A stretch of 64,000 nt of DNA from an uncultured Chloroflexia bacterium (GTDB lineage Bacteria; Chloroflexota; Anaerolineae; JAAYZQ01): assembly GCA_963700285.1 (NCBI GenBank), contig CAVOXA010000015.1:128001-192000 (forward strand). Direction: 5' to 3'. The first letter of the stretch is position 1. Each line of letters starts with the position of its first letter. This document shows positions 33,303 through 41,520 of this stretch, piece after piece. The notes under the pieces are model-generated. The model saw only the letters and a list, made by a program, of their open reading frames with translations, did no database searches and was not told the DNA's origin. A program made the position numbers and the translations under genes.

Positions 33303-34556
33303 ATGGCCAACGATTTGACTCTGACCTGCCGGCTCAACAAGGCCTATCTGCCGGTTATGAACACCCAGCAGCTAGTGTACGTGCTCATCGATGCGGTACC
33401 GGGCGCGAGCATGGCGCAGGTCCAGATGCCACTTAACCTCAGCTTGGTGCTGGACAAGAGTGGCTCGATGCAAGGAAAAAAGATCCAGAACTTGCGAGAG
33501 GCGGCCAAGCTGGTGGTGGATCGCCTGGGACCGCAAGATACCATCTCCATCGTCGCCTTTAGCGACCGAAAGTATCTGATCGCCACCAGCCAGCCGATCA
33601 CAGACAAGGGAGCACTCAAAACAAAGATTGACCGGATCCGCGATGGTGGCGGAACTGCTATCTCTGGCGGCATGAATCAGGGACTGACCGAGTTGGGCAA
33701 GGCCGCATCCCCTGATCGAATCAGCCGGATGCTGCTCTTGACAGACGGTCAGACCTTTGGCGACGAGAAAACGTGCAAACAGCTGGCCCAAAAAGCTGGC
33801 GACCAGGGCATCCTGGTCAATGCACTGGGCCTGGGTGACGATTGGAACGAGGATCTATTGGATGACATCGCCGCAGCCAGCGGTGGCGTGGCCGACTTTA
33901 TTGATTCGCCCAACAAGATTGTCACCTTTTTTGAGCAGGCTGTCCAGTCCATGCAGGACAGCGTGGTGCAGAACGCGCAGATGGTTCTGCGTCTGGCCAG
34001 CGGCGTCACACCCCGCCAGGTTTGGCAGGTCCTGCCCCTGATCTCGAACTTGGGCTACCGCCCTCTGTCGGATCGCGATGTGCAGGTCGCCCTCGGCGAG
34101 ATGGAGAAAGGCCAGCCACGTAGCTTGCTGGTAGAGCTGCTGGTTGGCCCCCGGCCTGCTGGCACCTATCGTGTTGCCCAGACGGAGGTCAGCTATGACG
34201 TACCCGGCTTGAAGCTTTCCGGCGAAAGGGTCAAGTCCGACATCCTGCTCAGCTTCACAGCCAATGCTGCTGAAGCCAAGGACTATGAGCCTGAAGTAAT
34301 GAACATCGTCGAGAAGGTGACGGCCTTCAAGCTCCAAACCCGGGCGCTGGAAGAGGCCAAGATGGGCAACATAGCCGGCGCCAGCCAGAAGCTCCGTGCT
34401 GCTGCCACCCGCCTATTGGAGATAGGCGAAGACGATCTGGCACAGTCGGCGCTAGAAGAGGCCGAGAACCTGGAGACGAGCGGCCAGATGTCTTCTCATG
34501 GTACCAAAAAACTGCGCTACGAGACGCGCAAGCTGACGCAGCGCCTGAGTCCCTGA
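33303..34556 (+). CDS. vWA domain protein
   Basis: MIDAS motif VLDKSGSM, GGTAI, LLTDG and LGLG. Confidence 0.9.
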   Translation: MANDLTLTCRLNKAYLPVMNTQQLVYVLIDAVPGASMAQVQMPLNLSLVLDKSGSMQGKKIQNLREAAKLVVDRLGPQDTISIVAFSDRKYLIATSQPITDKGALKTKIDRIRDGGGTAISGGMNQGLTELGKAASPDRISRMLLLTDGQTFGDEKTCKQLAQKAGDQGILVNALGLGDDWNEDLLDDIAAASGGVADFIDSPNKIVTFFEQAVQSMQDSVVQNAQMVLRLASGVTPRQVWQVLPLISNLGYRPLSDRDVQVALGEMEKGQPRSLLVELLVGPRPAGTYRVAQTEVSYDVPGLKLSGERVKSDILLSFTANAAEAKDYEPEVMNIVEKVTAFKLQTRALEEAKMGNIAGASQKLRAAATRLLEIGEDDLAQSALEEAENLETSGQMSSHGTKKLRYETRKLTQRLSP

Positions 34557-34669
34557 ATGCCAGGGATTGTGGCATCCTCTGCTGCATGAATGTCAGATCA
34601 GAGGGGTAGGAAGTACCAACAAGCGTCTTTTTGTTTAGCATGTACGACCGAAGAAGGAGGAACCGAATC

Positions 34670-35674
34670 ATGCCAACATGCCCAAACTGTGGAAATGAAA
34701 CTGCAGCAGGTGCTATTTTCTGCGACCAGTGCGGAACGCAGATCCCGGCGTCCGGGTCTGCTGTTCCAGAGGCGCCACCCGCCCCGGCCGGTGGCAGCAT
34801 AATCTGTCCCGCCTGCGGCGCGGGCAACGTGCCGGGCGAGGCCTTTTGCGACTTTTGCGGCTCTCCCCTGGATGCGCCAGTACCGGCAGTCGTAGAGGCA
34901 CCCATGCCGGCGCCCGCCGAGGTTGAGGTAGCAGCCGATGCTGTACCTGACGAAGATCAATCCATATGTCCAGCCTGTGGGGCTGAGGTCCAGCCTGGAG
35001 AGGCCTTTTGCGCCAATTGCGGGGCATCGCTTGTCGAGCCCATACAGGCGCCAGAGGCAGGAGATGTGGTAGAACCGCCAGCCGAGGGAGTGCCCCTCGC
35101 CGCCGATGGGCAGGTTCCTGAGGCACGAGAAGCGATAGAGCCTGTCGCTGAGGAAGTACCTGAGGTGCGAGAGGTCGTGGTTGAGGAATCAGCTCCGCCA
35201 CCGCCTGCCCCAGAGCTGGTTGCCGCGCCCACCTGTCCGGCCTGTGGCGTGGAAATCGTCGCTGGTGACAAGTTCTGCAGTAACTGTGGGGCAGTGTTGC
35301 AGGCTGTGGCTGAGCCAGCAGTGGCTGAGGTAGCACCGCTGCCTTCACCTTCCGCCGGCCCGCGTTTGGTGGTCGTTGCGTCCGGGGCTGAGATCCCACT
35401 TCCGACTGCTGATGAGATACTGATTGGCCGTGAGGACCCGGTGAGCGGCGTCTTCCCCCAGGTGGATCTGACACCCCATGGTGGTGAGGAGGGAGGGGTT
35501 TCTCGCAGGCACGCGCGGCTGATTGTCAAAGGTCTCAACTACTCTGTCGAGGATTTGGACAGTACCAACTATACCTTCGTCAACAAGCAAAAGCTGGCGC
35601 CCGGAATCAGCCATCCGGTTCGTGATGGTGATGAGATCCGCTGCGGTCGCGTGACGCTGGTCCTGAGAACCTGA
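34670..35674 (+). CDS. Multi-zinc-ribbon FHA domain protein
   Basis: Four CPxCG...FCxxCG units; FHA motifs IGRED, GVSRRHA and DLDSTNYT. Confidence 0.9.
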   Translation: MPTCPNCGNETAAGAIFCDQCGTQIPASGSAVPEAPPAPAGGSIICPACGAGNVPGEAFCDFCGSPLDAPVPAVVEAPMPAPAEVEVAADAVPDEDQSICPACGAEVQPGEAFCANCGASLVEPIQAPEAGDVVEPPAEGVPLAADGQVPEAREAIEPVAEEVPEVREVVVEESAPPPPAPELVAAPTCPACGVEIVAGDKFCSNCGAVLQAVAEPAVAEVAPLPSPSAGPRLVVVASGAEIPLPTADEILIGREDPVSGVFPQVDLTPHGGEEGGVSRRHARLIVKGLNYSVEDLDSTNYTFVNKQKLAPGISHPVRDGDEIRCGRVTLVLRT

Positions 35675-35757
35675 TACCAGGTACGGGGGATTGGAGATTG
35701 CAGAGATGATGTGCATCGCAATGCCTAGTTTCTGTTCTCCAGTCTCCCAGTTGCCTT

Positions 35758-37635
35758 ATGCAACATTGTCGTGAACTGGTGTGCGGCCATCTCAACAGGC
35801 CGAGTGCTCGCTTCTGTGAAAAGTGTGGGCAGCCGCTGCGCGGTCAAAGTGATCGCCCGGCGGATGCCTGGTCCGCCTTGCCTTCAGGACACCTGATGCG
35901 GGGTGGCACCTATCGTATCCTTGAGCCGCTGGGCAAAGGAGGGATGGGCGCGCTCTATCTGGCGGCCGATACAGGTGCCTTTGACCGGAAGTGTGTGGTC
36001 AAGGAACTCCTAGACTACTACGATCCCACAAACCCCGACGAAGCCCAACTGGCCCAGGATCGCTTTGAAACTGAGGCTCGCCTGCTGGCTGAACTGAGCC
36101 ATCCTGGAATTCCACGTATCTATAGCTTTTTCTCCGAGGCTGGGCGTCACTATATCGTAATGGAATATATCCAAGGGGAGACACTGGAGCGCGCGGTGAC
36201 TCACGTCGATCCTCTTGGGTTCACCATCGCGGCACACCAACTTTCCGCTGAGACGGCTGTGCGCCACGCTATCCGAATCTGCCGGGTTCTGGAGTATCTG
36301 GCCAACCAGCCAATACCCGTAGTGCACCACGACATCAAGCCTGCAAATCTCATCGTGGACCGAACCAGTGGAGAGGTGAGGCTGGTGGACTTTGGTACCG
36401 CCCAAACCCGCACCCGCTGGGCCACCCAGGCCCGACTGGACCAACAACCCTCGATGCTTTTTGGCACCCCCGGATATGCGGCGCCGGAGCAATACCGGGG
36501 CAGCTCAGAGCCACGATCGGATGTCTATGCTCTGGCTGCCACCCTGTATCACATTCTGACCGACGACGATCCTGGCGAGCATCCTTTTCAGTTCACCAAC
36601 ATGGGAGGCCTGCCCGCTTCGCTGGCTGACGCCCTGGGCCGAGCCCTGCGTCCAGAGGTGCAGCGGCGCAGTACTGCATTGGAGTTTCGGCATGCGTTGG
36701 CAGGTTGGTTCATTCCCGATGAAGCTGCCCAACCCTTCGTTTTTCGCTCAGGAGCCGTAGCCCATACCACAGAGGAACTGGTTCTTCTCTGCGATCGGTA
36801 TTGGCCCGAAGCCCGACTGCACCTGAGCGACGGAGATTTTGACCAGTGGTTCCGTACTCGCAATCGACACGACCTCGTGGCGAAAGCCAGGTCGGCAAAG
36901 CTCGAGAGGAACGCCGACGCTGCGCTGGAGGTGTTTCTGAGGCGCCTGAATCCACGCTTGGCGGCGCCAAGCCTCGTCATCGAGCCACTGAACCTGGATT
37001 TTGGACGGATAACCCGCAGTGGAGCCGTTCCGCGCCATCTACGGGTGTGCAATGAGGGCAGGGGCTATGCTCAGGCGAGCCTGAGTACCCCGGTGCCCTG
37101 GATACTCATCGAGCGATCTCGGGTAGGATGTCTGTCGGGCACAGAAATCTCCGTAGAGGTTCAACTTGACGCCACAGCGTTGTCTTTGCAGAGAGATCAC
37201 CAGACTGTCATCGCCTGTACGCCAGATCGTGGCGCAAGAATCTCCATTTCGGTTGTGGCCGAGTTGAATTTGGTCCGGGAGGCGCTGCGGCGGATCGCTG
37301 CGGCTTTCACGGCGGTAGCTCACCTGGCCGTTAGAGGAGCCCGGCGCGGGTGGGGGTTTTGGATGCGAACCTTTCGCAGCCTGCTCCGGTCCCGCTATGG
37401 GCTGTGGATCCTGGGGGCCGAGGCTGTGATACTGGCTGCGGCGATGGTGGCTCTGTGGTGGATCTGGCCTGACTCTTCGCCTGCCTTGGACGACTTGGCT
37501 CGGGCTCTGATCCTGATCGTACCGCTATCGCTGCTGGTCGTCTATCTGCTGCCAGCGATCGCCTTCGTCGCCGGATTTGTCGTCTGGGAGGTCGTCCGGG
37601 GCATGGCGGGCTGGGCGAGGGCCGCCACGCGCTGA
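35758..37635 (+). CDS. Ser/Thr protein kinase, N-terminal zinc ribbon, C-terminal membrane anchor
   Basis: FCEKCG, GKGGMG, VVKE, HHDIKPAN, DFG and GTPGYAAPE; Ig-like segment (LDFG...PWI); two hydrophobic C-terminal helices. Confidence 0.9.
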   Translation: MQHCRELVCGHLNRPSARFCEKCGQPLRGQSDRPADAWSALPSGHLMRGGTYRILEPLGKGGMGALYLAADTGAFDRKCVVKELLDYYDPTNPDEAQLAQDRFETEARLLAELSHPGIPRIYSFFSEAGRHYIVMEYIQGETLERAVTHVDPLGFTIAAHQLSAETAVRHAIRICRVLEYLANQPIPVVHHDIKPANLIVDRTSGEVRLVDFGTAQTRTRWATQARLDQQPSMLFGTPGYAAPEQYRGSSEPRSDVYALAATLYHILTDDDPGEHPFQFTNMGGLPASLADALGRALRPEVQRRSTALEFRHALAGWFIPDEAAQPFVFRSGAVAHTTEELVLLCDRYWPEARLHLSDGDFDQWFRTRNRHDLVAKARSAKLERNADAALEVFLRRLNPRLAAPSLVIEPLNLDFGRITRSGAVPRHLRVCNEGRGYAQASLSTPVPWILIERSRVGCLSGTEISVEVQLDATALSLQRDHQTVIACTPDRGARISISVVAELNLVREALRRIAAAFTAVAHLAVRGARRGWGFWMRTFRSLLRSRYGLWILGAEAVILAAAMVALWWIWPDSSPALDDLARALILIVPLSLLVVYLLPAIAFVAGFVVWEVVRGMAGWARAATR

Positions 37636-37754
37636 ACATCTAGCCATGAGGGCATTTACCTGGCAGCCATGATACAAGACTAGTAGGCCTTCCGGAGCCT
37701 GCCAGTCTTTCGTTTGTCAATCCTTGTGAATGCAACGAGAAAATCCAGATCTAG

Positions 37755-37783
37755 TTGACATCACCCCGAGCCTGTGGTATACT
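37755..37783 (+). promoter_or_regulatory. Promoter of the catabolic cluster
   Basis: TTGACA, 17 bp, TATACT, with an extended -10 TG. Confidence 0.75.
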
Positions 37784-38084
37784 TGGCTTCGTTCGTAACC
37801 TGGTGAGCATGTTGATTCAGCTTCCTCGCGGTTCGTGTGTTGACGACCCAGCGATATGGTGCTGAGCCTGTTGTCGTTTGATTGTCCTCTGCCCATTTTG
37901 CTGTCGGATCCAATGCCTCTGTGGCTCGAATGCGGGCCCCTTTGCGGTAGGTGATTAGACTAACCCTCGAGCTTCGGGGTACCTGGTACTGGTTTCCGGG
38001 TCGACATACAACTGATGGAACACTGCGCCCCCTGAGACACGGAAGAATCAACCAATGGCGCAGAACCAGATTGTGGGAGTACCC

Positions 38085-39827
38085 ATGGCACTTACGAAAT
38101 CGGAAATCCGGTCGGGGGCCTACTATGACTCTGTGGTGCTCATGCAATTGCAGCGCTCTCTGGCTGCCCTCCCTGGCGTCCTTGATGCCGGCGTGGTGAT
38201 GGGTACCGAGGCCAACCAAGAGATCCTGGCCCAAACTGGCCTGTTGACAGCGGAAGGTCTGGCCGGGGCGGCCGATGATTTGGTGATTGTGGTCAAGGCT
38301 GAGACTGAAGCTGAGGCTGAGGCGGCTCTGGGACAGGTGGACGAACTCCTGGCGGTGCGGAGGGGCGGTGTCGAGCAGGACTACTGTCCCAGGAGCCTGG
38401 AAGCGGCAGCCGAAATGAGGCCCGACGCTCAATGGGTGCTGATATCCGTCCCGGGTCGCTATGCTGCCGGGGTGGCCCGCCAGGCCCTGCGCCTGGGCAA
38501 GAACGTGTTCCTCTATAGCGACAACGTTTCTCTGGCCGATGAAGTCGCCCTCAAACAGACTGCCGCCGAATGCGGTCGCCTGGTGATGGGGCCGGACTGC
38601 GGTACGGCCATTGTCAACGGCGTGGGACTTGGTTTTGCCAATCGGGTGCGCCGGGGCTCAATCGGCTTGGTCGCTGCCTCGGGAACCGGTCTGCAGCAGG
38701 TCAGCGCCCGCATCCACCAGTTGGGAGGTGGCATCAGCCATGCCCTGGGTACTGGTGGGCGGGACCTCTCCGAATCTGTCGGGGCGGTGACAGCTTGTCA
38801 GGGCCTGGATCTCCTCATTCGTGATCCTGAGACCCGCGTGATTGTACTTGTCTCCAAACCTCCAGCACCCCAGGTGGCCAGTGAACTGTTGGATGTTGCC
38901 CGTTCCTCGGACAAGCCAGTCGTGGTGGACTTTGTTGGCTACTCCCCCTCTGTGCGTGAGTCGGACAACTTGCGCTTTGCTACCACCTTTGATGAGGCGG
39001 CTGAACTCGCCGTGCGCCTGGCGACGGAGGACGATGTGGGTGCTGGCCCGAAGCCGCACGGGACCGCAGTACCCACAGTGGCTGGACTGGATCGTTTCGC
39101 ACCAGGACAGCGCTATCTACGAGGGCTGTTTTCCGGTGGCAGCTTGGCCTACGAGGCCCTGCTTCTGCTGCAGGACTATGCTCCGGGGATCTTTTCTAAC
39201 GTTCCTTTGGAAAAGGATTTTGGCTTGTCCAACCCCATGGTCAGCCAGGCACATACCATGGTCGACCTGGGTGAAGATGAATTCACTGTCGGCCGTCTAC
39301 ACCCAATGATGGACCATGATCTCCGCATCCGACGGCTCCAGCAGGAAGCGCAGGATCCAGAGGTTGCTGTAATCCTACTCGACGTCGTACTGGGCTATGG
39401 GGCTCACCCGGATCCGGCTGGTGAGATTGCACCGGCTATTGCCCAAGCGCGCTCTGATGCGGCCGAAGTTGGCCGGTACCTCGAGGTGGTCGCCGTCGTT
39501 GTCGGTACCGACGAGGATCCGCAGGATATGGATACCCAGATCCAGCAACTAGAAGCGGCAGGTGCCTGGGTGGAGACCAGTAACGATACTGCCGTCCGCT
39601 ACGTTGGTCGCCTGATCCAGGCTCTTGCTCCGAAATCTAGAATCCTGAATCCTAAATCGGTAGACTTGGCTGTGCTTCACCAACCTCTGGGCGCCATCAA
39701 TGTTGGAGTGGAGTCGTTTGCCGAAAGCCTGCAGGCCCAAGGTGCGCCCGTCATCCAGGTGGACTGGCGGCCGCCGGCCGGCGGAAACGAGAAATTGATG
39801 GCGATTCTCGAACGGATGCGGGGCTAG
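38085..39827 (+). CDS. fdrA: FdrA (AllF-like acyl-CoA synthetase family)
   Basis: YYDSVVLM, MGTEAN, ISVPGRYA, MGPDCGT, SGTGLQ, GTGGRDL, DLGEDEFTVGRLHPM and DWRPPAGG. Confidence 0.9.
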   Translation: MALTKSEIRSGAYYDSVVLMQLQRSLAALPGVLDAGVVMGTEANQEILAQTGLLTAEGLAGAADDLVIVVKAETEAEAEAALGQVDELLAVRRGGVEQDYCPRSLEAAAEMRPDAQWVLISVPGRYAAGVARQALRLGKNVFLYSDNVSLADEVALKQTAAECGRLVMGPDCGTAIVNGVGLGFANRVRRGSIGLVAASGTGLQQVSARIHQLGGGISHALGTGGRDLSESVGAVTACQGLDLLIRDPETRVIVLVSKPPAPQVASELLDVARSSDKPVVVDFVGYSPSVRESDNLRFATTFDEAAELAVRLATEDDVGAGPKPHGTAVPTVAGLDRFAPGQRYLRGLFSGGSLAYEALLLLQDYAPGIFSNVPLEKDFGLSNPMVSQAHTMVDLGEDEFTVGRLHPMMDHDLRIRRLQQEAQDPEVAVILLDVVLGYGAHPDPAGEIAPAIAQARSDAAEVGRYLEVVAVVVGTDEDPQDMDTQIQQLEAAGAWVETSNDTAVRYVGRLIQALAPKSRILNPKSVDLAVLHQPLGAINVGVESFAESLQAQGAPVIQVDWRPPAGGNEKLMAILERMRG

Positions 39828-40235
39828 CAGTGAGGCGAGTGGGCTTTACTCAGCCGATGCGAAGAGTTGGTCCGGCAGCAGAGGCAGCAGGTACGGCTCT
39901 TGCAGTTTGTGGTATCATCACGCTGGCAACGCCTGTCTGGGCCGGCCCCAGCCATATGTCGTCGGCCGGCAGCAACTGGGTCAATGTCCTGCTGGTTCCA
40001 CTGACCGCGAGTGGCATGGATGGTGTTGGCAGGGTCTGTGCCGCTGCTCGTCGCATTGGATCAGCCTCGAGAGGGGGCGAAAGAGCAGATCAAATCACGC
40101 TCACCGAGAGCGTCTTCCCATAGCCATTACTAGTTGTACGGAGTCTGATACAAGATCTTGTGGAGTGGACGTATGCGCCAGCTCCAATATTCATTCCCGA
40201 CTATCGATCTAGTCCCGTAGGAAAGGTATGCAAGC

Positions 40236-41504
40236 ATGGATATCGAGAAGGCCAATGCACAAGCAACCGAACGAATGATGGAATCCCGCCCGGTTCTGGT
40301 GGGGATGGGCAGGGCCATTGACGTGGTGCCCGGCATGCGCGAGAATCTGCTACTGCACGCAGGTCCGCCCCTGACCCTTCGGTCGGAACCTCAGGGCAAA
40401 GCCTGGGATCGCGCTTCTGGGCCGATGCGAGGCGCCATCACGGGAGCCCTGATCTTTGAGGGCAAAGCCAAAGGCGAAGACGATGCTCAAACCCTGATCG
40501 AATCGGGCGAGATTGAGCTGGAACCCTGCCATCACCATCAGGCTGTGGGGCCCATGGCTGGTGTGACCTGCCCTTCCATGTCGGTGTATATCCTGGAGAA
40601 CAAGACCTACGGGAACAAGTCCTACTCTAACCTTAACGAGGGCTATGGCAGGGTACTGCGCTACGGCGCCTATAGCGAGGAAGTGCTGGACCGCCTGCAC
40701 TGGATGGAGGAGGTGATGGCCCCGGTTCTGACCGGCGCTATCGAGGCCAGTGGCGGGATCGACATCCGTGCCCTGCTGGCCGAAGCCCTGCACATGGGCG
40801 ATGAGGGGCACAATCGCAACAAGGCCGGTTCGATTTTGTTCACGACCAAGCTTGCGCCTTTCATTGCCAGGGCTGCACCCAACGCTGATGTGGCAGCCGA
40901 CGTTCTGCGCGCTTTGGGCGACAATGCGCTGAGCGTCCTGAATCCGGTGATGGCCGCCTGTAAGGGGATGGCCGATGCCGCGCATGGCGTTGAGGGTAGT
41001 ACCATCGTAAGCACCATGGCTCGCAACGGCACCGATTTTGGCATTCGCGTCAGCGGCCTGGGAGATCGCTGGTTCACGGCCCCGGTCGCGGTACCAGAGG
41101 GCCTCTACTTTCCAGGTTTCACGGCTGAGGATGCCAGCGGTGACATCGGCGACAGTGTGATCACCGAGACTGCCGGCATTGGCGGATTTGCCATGGCTTC
41201 CGCGCCGGCCATCGTCACCTTTGTCAGTGGCACGCCGCGGGATGCCCTGAATGCCACCCTGGAAATGTACGAAATCTGCAGCGCCGAGCACAAGTACTTT
41301 AGCATGCCCCCCCTCGACTTTCGCGGAACGCCGACCGGCATCGACGTCCGTAAGGTCGTGGAGACAGGCATTACGCCCCGAGTCAACACTGGAATTGCCC
41401 ACAAAGATGCTGGCGTCGGTCAAGTCGGCGCCGGGCTGGTACGCCCACCGATGGCCATGTTTGAGGAGGCGTTGGTGGCTTTTGCACAAGAATACGGATA
41501 CTAG
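40236..41504 (+). CDS. DUF1116 protein (YlbE/YahG, AllG-like)
   Basis: LLHAGPP, VGPMAG, LNEG...LRYGAY, LHMGDEGHNRN, MARNG, DIGDSVITETAGIGG and NTGIAHK. Confidence 0.88.
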   Translation: MDIEKANAQATERMMESRPVLVGMGRAIDVVPGMRENLLLHAGPPLTLRSEPQGKAWDRASGPMRGAITGALIFEGKAKGEDDAQTLIESGEIELEPCHHHQAVGPMAGVTCPSMSVYILENKTYGNKSYSNLNEGYGRVLRYGAYSEEVLDRLHWMEEVMAPVLTGAIEASGGIDIRALLAEALHMGDEGHNRNKAGSILFTTKLAPFIARAAPNADVAADVLRALGDNALSVLNPVMAACKGMADAAHGVEGSTIVSTMARNGTDFGIRVSGLGDRWFTAPVAVPEGLYFPGFTAEDASGDIGDSVITETAGIGGFAMASAPAIVTFVSGTPRDALNATLEMYEICSAEHKYFSMPPLDFRGTPTGIDVRKVVETGITPRVNTGIAHKDAGVGQVGAGLVRPPMAMFEEALVAFAQEYGY

Positions 41505-41520
41505 ATACTGGAGGGAGACA

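Noticed and set aside
37840-37900. Canonical purine riboswitch
   Set aside because: Only a GATATGG loop matches; the TTTCTACC and CCGTAAA elements are absent.
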